The notes under the pieces: generated by a model | Told to the model about the DNA's origin: nothing | The model's database searches: none | Seen by the model: only the letters and a program-made list of their open reading frames with translations | Made by a program: the position numbers and the translations under genes | Shown: one piece after another, positions 26,062-39,715 of the stretch | Layout: every line of letters starts with the position of its first letter | Position numbering within the stretch: position 1 is the first letter of the stretch | Assembly: GCA_964016885.1 (NCBI GenBank) | Contig: OZ024742.1 | Coordinates: forward strand, 339,636,001-339,700,000 | Direction of reading: 5' to 3' | Source: Eledone cirrhosa | Taxonomy: Eukaryota | Length of the DNA stretch: 64,000 nucleotides

Positions 26062-27570
26062 ATGTTTCTCTTTATTTGCCACCAGGGCATCAAAAAGTGG
26101 GACAAGTACAATGGGGGGGGGGGGAGTTTACACAAAAAGGCGAGTAAAGAAAACAAATAACAAATATAAAATTAACAATAAAGTGTGCAACCCCTTCTCC
26201 TCAGTAGCACAGAGAGAGGGTGCTCCCTCGTTCCTTCCTCTTTTCCACCTACAGGCTGATGTAAAGAGAAGGCCCATTCACACGGGCCATTCTCGCCACT
26301 TTCACCCACCTTTCATAAAAACGACTGGGGTGGAGCTCCTCTCTCTTCATCCTGATCCTTCTTCCGAAATGATATCGGAAGAAACGGACCAGTTGTTGGC
26401 CAGAGAGAAAGGTGCCTGACCTCAGTCCTTTCAGACGCGTCCACCATACAACATCTTTCACCATGGCTATTACGCACATAAACACCGCCTCTCCTTCATT
26501 TTTGAAAGGGGGGAGGCGGCTTGATCGTTACAATAGACTCGGTGGTCAACCGGATCGGTCCCAACCTTGACAGCAGTTGTTCGACATAGCACCACAGATC
26601 GGCTACGCCCGAGCAGTGTACCAATGCGTGTGCAACGGTTTCCTCGTCGCACACGCATCTGGGACAGATCTTTTTGGCGGGGTCCCTACCCGGGCGCCCG
26701 TGTCTGTAGAGCTTTTCTCGAACGGGTAGAACCCCTCGGTAGCACTGCCAGGCCAGGGACTTCTGGAAGTTGTCCATAGGTCCCGGGCTGAATGTCCTAC
26801 CGAACAGGCTGGGCAGTTCGTCTTCCTCCATGTCTAGAGCTTCTCCGAGGGCGTCGTCGCCCCTGCAGCGTACCAACCCTCTATAGAATGTTGCGGTGGA
26901 GTCTCCACTGATAACCGGATCCGCCTGCCAGAGGGCGGTGAGCGCCTGGGCACACTCAGTGTGCCAGGCGCCCAGTTTTCTCGGTCTTTGCTTGACCCAG
27001 GATTGCAGCTCGGTGAGTGAGACGAGTCTGGGAAAGGTTCGTCTCACAAACGAGGCCCATACCGGTTGACCGGTGAGGAGTACGTGGAGGTACGATAGCC
27101 TTAATGCGTGTTTACGCATCATTAGCCTCGGCATCCTCAGCCCTCCTTTCAAAGGGTGTTGACAGCAGATGGATCTCCTCACCAAAGGAGCCCGCTTCTT
27201 CCAAAGGAATTGGAAGAGTGCGCGCTGAAGCTTGTTCCACTTCTAGATGTTGAGGCGATGATGTTCGCCCCTCTTTGTCCATGTCTGCTACTACCTGCTG
27301 GTCAAGTAGGCATAGCTTTCCCTTCCCATCTTCTTGTTTTGGCAAAGAAGTAGGTGCTTCGGCCATTTAAAAAAAAATGTACAGTTTTGCAAAATATTTT
27401 GGATGTTTTTGCCCTGAGGGGCACGATATTTTGGAGGACTGACCAGATCAAAATTTGACCTGTCAGTCCCTCTACAAATTGGTATAAAATTAAAAGTTCG
27501 CAATGACGAATTTCTAAGGAAATTAATAAAAAACTTACCGAGCAGGTTTAACAAGTGTCCATCCCAGATC
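26062..27570 (-). mobile_element. Internally deleted Tx1 element (5' UTR and ORF1 start fused to ORF2 3' part)
   Basis: ORF2 3' region 26249-27225; upstream MAEAPTSLPKQ.. from 27366 and the conserved 5'-end motif GACAC-N11-GCTC. Confidence 0.75.
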
Positions 27571-27977
27571 AGATAGTTAGATAGAGACAGACAAGCTATG
27601 GGATAGACAGGTAGACAGTTAGATAGAGAGACAGACAGGCTATGGGATAGACAGGTAGACAGTCAGGTAGAGAGACAGACATGCTATGGGATAGACAGGT
27701 AAACAGTTAGATAGACAGACAGACAGGCTATGGGATAGACAGGTAGACAGTTAGATAGAGAGACAGACAAGCTATGGGATAGACAGGTAGACAGTTAGAT
27801 AGAGAGACAGACAAGCTATGGGATAGACAGGTAGACAGTTAGATAGAGAGACAGACAGGCTATAGGATAGACAGGTAGACAGTTAGATAGAGAGACAGAC
27901 AAGCTATGGGAGAGACAGGTAGACAGTTAGATAGAGAGACAGACAAGCTATGGGATAGACAGGTAGACAGTTAGATA
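27571..27977. repeat. 44-bp satellite GATAGACAGGTAGACAGTTAGATAGAGAGACAGACARGCTATGG, block 1
   Basis: Directly visible tandem units. Confidence 0.95.
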
Positions 27978-29310
27978 TGTTTCTTTTATTTGCCACTAGG
28001 GCATCAACAGTGGGACAAGTACAAAGGGGGGAGTTTACACAAAAAGGCGTCCTCAATAAGGAGGAGCAATAACAAAATATAAAAATAAAATAAGATATAA
28101 CAAAAAATAAAATTTTTAACAAAATCCTCAATAGAGAGGAGGCGCCTTGGGGGGTCGCACACACCCCCGAAAAAAGTGTGCAACCCTTTTCCTCAGGAGC
28201 ACAGAGAGGGGGTGCTCCCTCGTTCCTTCATCTTTTCCACCTACAGGCTTATGTAAAGAGAAGGCCCATTCACACGGGCCATTCTCGCCACTTTCACCCA
28301 CCTTTCATAAAAACGACTGGGGTGCAGCACCTCTCTCTCCATCCTGATCCTTCTTCCGAAATGATATCGGAAGAAACGGACCAGTTGTTGGCCAGAGAGA
28401 AAGGTGCCTGACCTCAGTCCTTTCAGACGCGTCCACCATACAACCTCTTTCGCCATGGCTATTACGCACAGAAACACCGCCTCTGCTTCATTTTTGAAGG
28501 GGGGAGGCGGCTTGATCATTACAATAGACTCGGTGGTCAACCGGATCGGTCCCACCCTTGACAGCAGTTGTTCGACATAGCCCCACAGATCGGCTACGCC
28601 CGAGCAGTGTACCAATGCGTGTGCAACGGTTTCCTCGTCGCACACGCATCTGGGACAGATCTTTTTGGCGGGGTCCCTACCCGGGCGCCCGTGTCTGTAG
28701 AGCCTTTCTCGAACGGGTAAAGCCCCTCGGTAGCACTGCCAGGCCAGGGACTTCTGGAAGTTGTCCATAGGTCCCGGGCTGAATGTCCTACCGAACAGGC
28801 TGGCCAGTTCGTTCTCCTCCATGTCTAGGGCTTCTCCGAGGGCGTCGTCGCACCTGCTGCGTACCAGCCCTCTATAGAATGTTGCGGTGGAGTCTCCACT
28901 GATAACCGGATCCGCCTGCCAGAGGGCGGTGAGCGTCTGGGCACACTCAGTGTGCCAGGCGCCCAGTTTTCTCGGTCTTTGCTTGACCCAGGATTGCAGC
29001 TCGGTGAGTGAGACGAGTCTGGGAAGGTTCGTCTCACAAACGAGGCCCACACCGGTTGTCCGGTGAGGAATACGTAGAGGTGCCGTAGCCTTAATGCGTG
29101 TTTACGCATCATTAGCCACGGCATCCCCAGCCCTCCTTTCGAAGGGTGTTGACAGCAGATGGATCTCCTCACCATAGGAGCCCGCCTCTTCCAAAGGAAT
29201 TGGAAGAGCGCGCGCTCCATCTTGGTGAGGGTTTCCCTTGGGCAGGGCACTACGGTCAGGCGGTAGTAGATGACGGACGCTATATAAGTGTTCGCCACCT
29301 CCGCCCGACC
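27978..29310 (-). mobile_element. 5'-truncated Tx1 copy inserted in the satellite
   Basis: ORF2 C-terminal region with CPRC..ETVAHALVHC zinc finger; same subfamily as 26062-27225. Confidence 0.92.
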
Positions 29311-30316
29311 TTTAGATAGAGAGACAGACAGGCTATGGGATAGACAGGTAGACAGTTAGATAGAGAGACAGACAAGCTATGGGATAGACAGGTAGACAGT
29401 TAGATAGAGAGACAGACAGGCTATAGAATAGACAGGTAGACAGTTAGATAGAGACACAGACAAGCTATGGGAGAGACAGGTAGACAGTTAGATAGAGAGA
29501 CAGACAGGCTATGGGATAGACAGGTAGACAGTTAGATAGAGAGACAGACATGCTATGGGATAGACAGGTAGACAGTTAGATAGAGAGACAGACAAGCTAT
29601 GGGATAGACAGGTAGACAGTTAGATAGAGAGACAGACAGGCTATAGGATAGACAGGTAGACAGTTAGATAGAGAGACAGACAAGCTATGGGAGAGACAGG
29701 TAGACAGTTAGATAGAGAGACAGACAAGCTATGGGATAGACAGGTAGACAGTTAGATAGAGAGACAGACAGGCTATGGGATAGACAGGTAGACAGTTAGA
29801 TAGAGAGACAGACAGGCTATGGGAGAGACAGGTAGACAGTTAGATAGAGAGACAGGCTATGGGAGAGACAGGTAGACAGTTAGACAGAGAGACAGACAGG
29901 CCATGGGAGAGACAGGTAGAAAGTTAGATAGAGAGACAGACAAGCTATGGGATAGACAGGTAGACAGTTAGATAGAGAGAGAGACAAGCTATGGGATAGC
30001 CAGGTAGACAGTTAGATAGAGAGACAGACAAGCTATGGGATAGACAGGTAGACAGTTAGATAGAGAGACAGACAGGCTATGGGAGAGACAGGTAGACAGT
30101 TAGACAGAGAGACAGACAGTCTATGGGATAGACAGGTAGACAGTTAGATAGAGAGACAGACAAGCTATGGGATAGACAGGTAGACAGTTAGATAGAGAGA
30201 CAGACAGGCTATGGGAGAGACAGGTAGACAGTTAGACAGAGAGACAGACAGTCTATGGGAGAGACAGGTAGACAGTTAGACAGAGAGACAGACAGTCTAT
30301 GGGAGAGACAGGTAGA
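29311..30316. repeat. 44-bp satellite, block 2
   Basis: Directly visible tandem units. Confidence 0.95.
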
Positions 30317-30546
30317 TTTCTATTTATTTGCCACGAGGGCACAAAAGAAGGGGACATTTACACAGTGGGTGAGTTTACATAAATCGAGTAAAGAAAAAAG
30401 GAATAACAATAATAATATAACAATAAAAAGTCCTCAAAAGGGAGGGGGCGTGTTGGGGATTGCACATACCCCCGAAAAGTGTGCAACTCTTTTCGCGGGG
30501 GAAGCCCAGAGAGGAGGCGCTCCCCCTTTCCTCTTCACTTCTTCAC

Positions 30547-33500
30547 CTACAGAACAATGTAGAGAGAAGGCCCATTTACACGGGCCATTCTCGCTTCTTT
30601 CACCCACCTTTCATAAAACTGTCTGGGGCCAAGCACTTCTCTCTCCATCCTGATCCTTCTTCCGAAGTGGTATCGGAAGAAGTAAACCAGGTGATGGCCG
30701 GAGAGAAAGTCACCCGACCTCAGACCTTTCAGGCGCATCCACCACACAACCTCTTTCATCATGGCTATTACGCACAGAAAGACCGCCTCTGCTTCATTTC
30801 TGAAGGGAGGAGGCGGCTTGATGTTCACCACAGACTCGGCGGTTAATCGAATCGGCGCCACACGCGACAGCAGTCGTTCGACGTAGCCCCACAGATCGGC
30901 AACGCCCGGGAAGTGTACCAGTGCATGCGCAACGGTTTCCTCGTCGCGCACGCATCTGGGACAGATCTTTTTCGCGGGATCCCTGCCCGGGCGCCCGTGT
31001 CTGTAGAGCTTTTCTCGAACGGGCAGAGCCCCCGGGTAACACTGCCAGGCTAGGGACCTCTGGAAGTTGTCCATGGGTCCCGGGCCGAAAGTTCTACCGA
31101 ACAGGCTGGCCAGTTCGTCCTCCTCCATGCCTAGCTACTCTCCAAGGGTGTCGTCGCCCTTGCTAGCCACCAACCCTCTATAGAATGTCGAGGTGGATTC
31201 TCCACTGATAGTCGGGTCCGCTTGCCAGATAGCCGTGAGCGCCTGGGCACACTCGGTGTGCCAGTTGCCCAGTTTTCTCGGTCTTTGCTTCACCCAGGAT
31301 TGCAGTTCGGTGAGCGAGACGAGCTGTGGGAAGGCTCGCCTCACAAACGGGGCCCACACCGGCTGACCGTTGAGGAATACCTGTAGATGCCGTAGCCTCA
31401 ATGCGTGCCTACGCATCAACAGCCACGGCATACCCAGCCCTCCTTTCGAAGGGTGCTGGCAGCAGATGGATCTCCTCACCATGGGAGGCCGCTTCTTCCA
31501 GAGGAACTGGAAGAGCATGCGTTCCATGATGGTGAGCTTTTCCTTGGGGCAAGGCACGACGGTCAGGCGGTAGTAGATGACGGACGCTATGTAAGCGTTC
31601 GTCACCTCCGCCCGACCTTTCAGTGATAGTTTGCACTTGGCCCACTTCTGGGTCAGCGCAAACACCCTGCTCGTCACCTCGCCCCAATTCTTCTCCACCT
31701 GGAGGTCCGGTCCGAACCAGACCCCGAGCAGCTTCACCGGGCCCTCCGTCCACCGCCCGACGACACCGTCTAACGGCATCGGTTTGCCCCTCCACGTTCC
31801 GAGTTTCAAATCGACTGACTTGTCCTGGTTCAGCCTAGCCCCCGTCAGCCTTTCGTATTCCCCCAGTAGGGTGGCGATCGCCCCGATTTCCGAGGCGTCC
31901 GCCACCATTACTGTTACGTCGTCGGCATAGGCCGAGACCGCTTTGTGCAATCCCGGTTCCAGGGGTATGCCCCGCAGCAACTCCAACTTCCGCAGCAGTG
32001 GCTCGAGAGTCAATACGTACAGAAGGGAGGAGAGGGGGCACCCCTGCCTGATGGACCGGGTGATTTGAAACGGCTCCGAGAGGTAGCCGTTTACTTTAAT
32101 CCTAGAGTAGATGTTGCCACTGTGCATGGCAGAAATCCAGCCCCTGAAAACGGGTCCGAAGCCCGCCGCCGCTAGCACCCCATCCAGGTAACCATGGTCG
32201 ACCCTATCGAACGCCTTAGATTGATCCAAGTTGATCAGGGCCCCACCAAAGTCGGGTTCGTTGCCAACCCTCTCTACGATGTATCGCATGAGGTGGAGGT
32301 TGTCGCGAATGGACCTGGACGGGATAGCGCATGTCTGCGCGTCTCCCACCAAACCACCCACCACAAGCGCCAACCTCTTCGCCAACACCTTGGCCAAAAT
32401 CTGTAACTCTGCATTTAGCAGAGTTATGGGCCTAAAGTTACTTAAGTCGTCCCCTTTGCTCTCGTCCTTCCTCACTAGCGTGACCACGCCCTTGGTCACA
32501 GAACAGGGAATTCTCCCGTTCTGTTGCCAGTTGCAATAGACAGCCTCGAGGAGTTCGGAGAACAAGACCGGCATAGCTAAATAAAGTTCGTATGGTAGAC
32601 CATCGAGACCCGGAGATTTGCGTCTGCTGCATTGGCTGAGCGCTTCCCCGATTTCAGTGGTTGTGATTGGCCTTTCGCAGCACTCCGCTTCGCCCCTCGA
32701 AAGACGCGGTAGACCGTCGAGGTATGGACCGAAGTCCACATCCCCGTCCGGCCCCCCGCCCCCTCCGAACAGTCGAACAAAGTGCCTTTGAAAGGCCTCG
32801 CACATCCGCTCAGGTTCAAGGATCACCCGTCCATCCTGGTCTCACAAAGACCGAATCGTGGATTTAATCCCACTCTTGGCTTCTGTCACGCGGGCCCAGC
32901 TAACAGCTTTGGTCCCCTCGTTTCCTAAAGCACGTATTTTAATTCGGACAACGCAGCCTTCGTGCTTCGCGTCAAAGAACTGGCTCAACGCCGTTCTCGC
33001 CGCTAACACTCTGGCCACGTCTCCGCTCCTAATCGCCTCTTCTAGTTTAGCTGTTAACTCCCTTTCCTTCCTATTTCTATTTGCCGCTAGTTCCTTACTG
33101 TAACCTATCGAACTTACTCTAATCTCTCTCTTTAGAGATACCCACCACCTGCTGTTGACGATCGCTCCCGTCAACTGCATTTTAACTAAGCTACTAATCC
33201 GGTTCATGTAATCTTTCTTTGCCGGCAAGGACAAGTTCATCTTCCAGTAACCGGGACCCTGTCTATGCGTTCTATCAAGGTTGACCACGCAGGTCACTAA
33301 TTTGTGATCTGAATAGCCAACCATGATCAGTTCTGGACAACTAAATACGTCCCTATCCTTACTCCTAACCAACAACCTATCTAGGTACGATCTAGATTGT
33401 CCACTGCGGTTTGCCCAGGTCCAGGTTGGCGCATTTGGACAATCTAGTCGAAATCTATCGACCAGGTCGAATCGATCGAGTAACCCCTTGAGGCTGCTAC

Positions 33501-33985
33501 AGCACCCTCTATCGGGACATGCCCCTGCATAGTCCCAACGCGCATCTAGGATTCGATTCCAGTCCCCCACTAAAAGCAGGGAACGTGACGTTCCTAGAAA
33601 AGTCTCCAGACGCTGGAAGAAGTCGGCTCTTTCCGCCCCGAAGGGGGCATAAAGACCGACCAGTCTGAAAGCCCCGCATTCACCGCCTCCGACGTCCAGC
33701 ACCAGTAATCGACCCCCCGGGTCCGAGTGAACAATCTGTACGTCGAGAGTCAGACGTTTATCCAGCAGTACGGCAACTCCCCCCCCCCGCCTCCGGGTTG
33801 ACAGAGAGATGCGTGCATCTCAAAGTCATCGAAGGCGGGCGCCAGCTGTCTCACGCTGCTGATCCGACTCTCGCAAACAAGCATCACATCTATACTTTGT
33901 GATCTGAGGTCATTTAGAAGCTTTGCTTGCTTCCAAGCTGAGCCCAGGCCACGCGCGTTCAAACGGCCAACTCTCAATTGATCTA
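30547..33985 (-). pseudogene. Unit A ORF2 (APE-RT-zinc finger), disrupted
   Basis: Stops at 31135 and 32842 and a G-run frameshift near 33780; APE, YADD and CCHC motifs present. Confidence 0.9.
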
Positions 33986-35826
33986 TTTTGGTGTTGAAAG
34001 TGAAGAACGAAAAGCACCTACCTCTCTGGGTTGTGTAATTTCCATGGCATCAGGTGTGTTGGGTGGAGGGATGTTTTGTGGTGGTGTGGTGGGGTACCCG
34101 TGTGTGGTGGGGTTGGGGTATTTGGAGTTGTGTCAGGGAGAGGGGCGGTTATGGGGAAATCTTTCAAGAGGACGCGATTTAACGGTTTTAAACAGGGGGG
34201 CTCACGTCCCGTCTAAATTGTTCTTTTAAGGAACGATAAAGGTCCAGAGGGACCTTTATCATTTTTAAATGGTTGAAGTTCTCTGTTGAGATAAAGTTTG
34301 GCCCTTCGGTCTGCACCATAGGGTTATTGTTTATTAATTTAACCAGTTTTTTGTTTTCTTTATTTATATATGTGTATTGTAACGTCTTTTTTTGTGATGC
34401 TGTCAATGTTTCGGAGAGGGGAGGCGCAGATTTATTTTTGTTTGTTGAGGGTGGGGTGTTTTTGATTGGAGTTGGTGTTTGTGTGTGGGTTATTTGTGGT
34501 TAGCTGGGTGTGTGTTTTCTTTTTTTTCTTTTAACTTGTCTGAAGGCTTCTCCTCCTTCTTCTTCAGAAGTTGGGGGAAACTCTTCAGCGCTAGGTGGGA
34601 GGGACGTGTTGTGTGGTTGTTGTTTTTTGCGGGAGGGGTAGATTTGTTACTGTTTTTTTTATTATTTGTTTGGAATGGGTTTTGTGGTTGTGGTGGTGGT
34701 GGTGGTAATGTTTGTGTCGTGCTTGTGGTTGGTGATGGTGGTGGTGATGTTTGTGTTGTGGTTGGTGGTGGTGATTTTTGTGTCGTGCTTGTGTTTGGTG
34801 CTGGTGGTGGTGATGTTTGTGTTGTGTTTGTGGTTGGTGGTGTCTGTATTTTGTTTGCTGTGTGTGGTATTAGTGTATTTTTGGAGGTGGGTGGTGTTGG
34901 TGTACTGTTTGTGGTGGGTGTGGGCAATAGTCCTTTTTGGGGGATACGTTTCGGGCAGTTAGCCTTAACGTGTCCCCTTTCCATGCATAAATAGCATGCT
35001 GGTCTTCTCCCCTCTACAATTATATCTATTGGGGTAAGGACATCCAGCCAGATGCGATCCGGGATTTGTGCTATTCTTTCGGGCCTCATTTGGACTAGTA
35101 TGTCGAGGCCCATTCCCAGGAACGCATCTCCAGTTGCCTTCCCCATTGACAGCATTGTGTCTTCGCCCATGTCTATGAAGCCAGCAATAGCCCACCAGAA
35201 GTCCATTGTGGGCAGCATTGTTTTTACTTTTACTCTCTGTGTTCTTCTACCCATGTAGGAGGGATAGAAGCTGTATGTTGTCGATGAGAGTGGGCTTAGG
35301 GAAAGCTTCTCTGCCGTTTCCTTGTCTTTTGTTAAGACCGAAATGCTGCCATAGAGTCGGTCCTTTCGTATGAAGAGAATATTCTTCATATAGTCTTTTA
35401 GGACCAACTCTATTTCCATTTGGCTGGGCTGTGCTGGCTTTCTTGTTTGGTTCAGTATAGTTCTGAAGAGAACTGTGCTCTCTGTTCTGGCTTTCTTGAA
35501 TTCTGGGGGGGAGTTAATGGAAAACATTCCGTTCTCCCCCAAGACTATTTGTTTTTTCGCTTCGGCCAGTTTTTCTCTGGCGGCAGTTAAGTCAATTGGT
35601 GTGTATGTTATGGATTGTTTTGTTTTCTGGGTGAAAGTTGCCCTGTTGTTATTTGTATTATTTTCTGTTTGTTTGTTTTCCGTTAGCTCATAGTTTCCTT
35701 AACATTTGTTTTTTCATTTTCCTTGTTTGTTTCGTTGTCTAATTTTGTTGTAATTATGTTTTGTTCTTCAGACTTGGGGGGCGTGGCAGAGCTAATGGCA
35801 GACATGTCTGCCATCTTTTCCGCCAT
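33983..35826 (-). pseudogene. Unit A ORF1, disrupted
   Basis: ATG GCG GAA AAG at 35826; CYLCMERGHVKANC; frame breaks near 35690 and 34625. Confidence 0.85.
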
Positions 35827-36273
35827 GCTGCTAAGAAAGAAATTTTTCGGCAAAAAAATAGATATTTATTTTACCCCCTAAAAAGGGGGTAAATGCAAAA
35901 ATGTTTCCCTAAATAACAGGGGTTAGTGTTCCAAATGTGTTGCACTGAAAAATTTATCCGGTACTTACAATAGTAAGGGTAAATCCCGATGGAATAGCGG
36001 AGCCGATGTGAAGCGTGTCTCTCTATCTATCAAGATAGATAAATTTCTATTTATTTGCCACGAGGGCACAAAAGAAGGGGACATTTACACAGTGGGGGAG
36101 TTTACATAAATCGAGTAAAGAAAAAAGGAATAACAATAATAATATAACAATAAAAAGTCCTCAAAAGGGAGGGGGCGTGTTGGGGATTGCACATACCCCC
36201 GAAAAGTGTGCAACTCTTTTCGCGGGGGAAGCCCAGAGAGGAGGCGCTCCCCCTTTCCTCTTCACTTCTTCAC

Positions 36274-39200
36274 CTACAGAACAATGTAGAGAGAAGGCCC
36301 ATTTACACGGGCCATTCTCGCTTCTTTCACCCACCTTTCATAAAACTGCCTGGGGCCAAGCACTTCTCTCTCCATCCTGATCCTTCTTCCGAAGTGGTAT
36401 CGGAAGAAGTAAACCAGGTGATGGCCGGAGAGAAAGTCACCCGACCTCAGACCTTTCAGGCGCGTCCACCACACAACCTCTTTCATCATGGCTATTACGC
36501 ACAGAAAGACCGCCTCTGCTTCATTTCTGAAGGGAGGAGGCGGCTTGATGTTCACCACAGACTCGGCGGTTAATCGAATCGGCGCCACACGCGACAGCAG
36601 TCGTTCGACGTAGCCCCACAGATCGGCAACGCCCGGGCAGTGTACCAGTGCATGCGCAACGGTTTCCTCGTCGCGCACGCATCTGGGACAGATCTTTTTC
36701 GCGGGATCCCTGCCCGGGCGCCCGTGTCTGTAGAGCTTTTCTCGAACGGGCAGAGCCCCCCGGTAACACTGCCAGGCTAGGGACCTCTGGAAGTTGTCCA
36801 TGGGTCCCGGGCCGAAAGTTCTACCGAACAGGCTGGCCAGTTCGTCCTCCTCCATGCCTAGCTACTCTCCAAGGGTGTCGTCGCCATTGCTAGCCACCAA
36901 CCCTCTATAGAATGTCGAGGTGGATTCTCCACTGATAGTCGGGTCCGCTTGCCAGATAGCCGTGAGCGCCTGGGCACACTCGGTGTGCCAGTTGCCCAGT
37001 TTTCTCGGTCTTTGCTTCACCCAGGATTGCAGTTCGGTGAGCGAGACGAGCTGTGGGAAGGCTCGCCTCACAAACGGGGCCCACACCGGCTGACCGTTGA
37101 GGAATACCTGTAGATGCCGTAGCCTCAATGCGTGCCTACGCATCAACAGCCACGGCATACCCAGCCCTCCTTTCGAAGGGTGCTGGCAGCAGATGGATCT
37201 CCTCACCATGGGAGGCCGCTTCTTCCAGAGGAACTGGAAGAGCATGCGTTCCATGATGGTGAGCTTTTCCTTGGGGCAAGGCACGACGGTCAGGCGGTAG
37301 TAGATGACGGACGCTATGTAAGCGTTCGTCACCTCCGCCCGACCTTTCAGTGATAGTTTGCACTTGGCCCACTTCTGGGTCAGCGCAAACACCCTGCTCG
37401 TCACCTCGCCCCAATTCTTCTCCACCTGGAGGTCCGGTCCGAACCAGATCCCGAGCAGCTTCACCGGGCCCTCCGTCCACCGCCCGACGACACCGTCTAA
37501 CGGCATCGGTTTGCCCCTCCACGTTCCGAGTTTCAAACCGACTGACTTGTCCTGGTTCAGCCTAGCCCCCGTCAGCCTTTCGTATTCCCCCAGTAGGGTG
37601 GCGATCGCCCCGATTTCCGAGGCGTCCGCCACCATTACTGTTACGTCGTCGGCATAGGCCGAGACCGCTTTGTGCAATCCCGGTTCCAGGGGTATGCCCC
37701 GCAGCAACTCCAACTTCCGCAGCAGTGGCTCGAGAGTCAATACGTACAGAAGGGAGGAGAGGGGGCACCCCTGCCTGATGGACCGGGTGATTTGAAACGG
37801 CTCCGAGAGGTAGCCGTTTACTTTAATCCTAGAGTAGATGTTGCCACTGTGCATGGCAGAAATCCAGCCCCTGAAAACGGGTCCGAAGCCCGCCGCCGCT
37901 AGCACCCCATCCAGGTAACCATGGTCGACCCTATCGAACGCCTTAGATTGATCCAAGTTGATCAGGGCCCCACCAAAGTCGGGTTCGTTGCCAACCCTCT
38001 CTACGATGTATCGCATGAGGTGGAGGTTGTCGCGAATGGACCTGGACGGGATAGCGCATGTCTGCGCGTCTCTCACCAAACCACCCACCACAAGCGCCAA
38101 CCTCTTCGCCAACACCTTGGCCAAAATCTGTAACTCTGCATTTAGCAGAGTTATGGGCCTAAAGTTACTTAAGTCGTCCCCTTTGCTCTCGTCCTTCCTC
38201 ACTAGCGTGACCACGCCCTTGGTCACAGAACAGGGAATTCTCCCGTTCTGTTGCCAGTTGCAATAGACAGCCTCGAGGAGTTCGGAGAACAAGTCCGGCA
38301 TAGCTAAATAAAGTTCGTATGGTAGACCATCGAGACCCGGAGATTTGCGTCTGCTGCATTGGCTGAGCGCTTCCCCGATTTCAGTGGTTGTGATTGGCCT
38401 TTCGCAGCACTCCGCTTCGCCCCTCGAAAGACGCGGTAGACCGTCGAGGTATGGACCGAAGTCCACATCCCCGTCCGGCCCCCCGCCCCCTCCGAACAGT
38501 CGAGCAAAGTACCTTTGAAAGGCCTCGCACATCCGCTCAGGTTCAAGGATCACCCGTCCATCCTGGTCTCGCAAAGACCGAATGGTGGATTTAATCCCAC
38601 TCTTGGCTTCTGTCACGCGGGCCCAGCTAACAGCTTTGGTCCCCTCGTTTCCTAAAGCACGTATTTTACTTCGGACAACGCAGCCTTCGTGCTTCGCGTC
38701 AAAGAACTGGCTCAACGCCGTTCTCGCCGCTAACACTCTGGCTACGTCTCCGCTCCTAATCGCCTCTTCTAGTTTATCCGTTAAATCCCTTTCCTTCCTA
38801 TTTCTATTTGCCGCTAGTTCCTTACTGTAACCTATCGAACTTACTCTAATCTCTCTCTTTAGAGATACCCACCACCTACTGTTGACGATCGCTCCCGTCA
38901 ACCGCATCTTAACTAAGCTACTAATCCGGTTTCTGTAATCTTTCTTTGTCGGCAAGGACAAGTTCATCTTCCAGTAACCGGGACCCTGTCTATGCGTTCT
39001 ATCAAGGTTGACCACGCAGGTCACTAATTTGTGATCTGAATAGCCAACCATGATCAGTTCTGGACAACTAAATATGTCCCTATCCTTACTCCTAACCAAA
39101 AACCTATCTAGGTACGATCTAGATTGTCCACTGCGGTTTGCCCAGGTCCAGGTTGGCGCAGTTGGACAATCTAGTCGAAATCTCTCGACCAGGTCGAATC

Positions 39201-39715
39201 GATCGAGTAACCCCTTGAGGCTGCTACACCCCCCCTCTATCGGGACATGCCCCTGCATAGTCCCAACGCGCATCTAGGATTCGATTCCAGTCCCCCACTA
39301 AAAGCAGGGAACACGACGTTCCTAGAAAAGTCTCCAGACGCTGGAAGAAGTCGGCTCTTTCCGCCCCGAAGGGAGCATAAAGACCGACCAGTCTGAAAGC
39401 CCCGCCTTCACCGCCTCCGACGTCCAGCACCAGTAATCGACCCCCCGGGTCCGAGTGAACAATCTGTACGTCGAGAGTCAGACGTTTATCCAGCAGTACG
39501 GCAACTCCCCCCCCCCCCGCCTCCGGGTTGACAGAGAGATGCGTGCATCTCAAAGTCATCGAAGGCGGGCGCCAGCTGTCTCACGCTGCTGATCCGACTC
39601 TCGCAAACAACCATCACATCTATACTTTGTGACCTGAGGTCACTTAGAAGCTTTGCTTGCTTCCAAGCTGAGCTCAGGCCACGCGCGTTCAAACAGCCAA
39701 CTCTCAATTGATCTA
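36274..39715 (-). pseudogene. Unit B ORF2, disrupted
   Basis: 803-aa open stretch 36862-39273; TAG at 36862 shared with unit A; homopolymer frameshifts near 39230 and 39510. Confidence 0.9.

Larger units (their letters stand above)
30317..36031 (-). mobile_element. Tx1 array unit A (full length, about 5.7 kb)
   Basis: 5' UTR, ORF1, ORF2 and 3' UTR with AATAAA. Confidence 0.95.
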
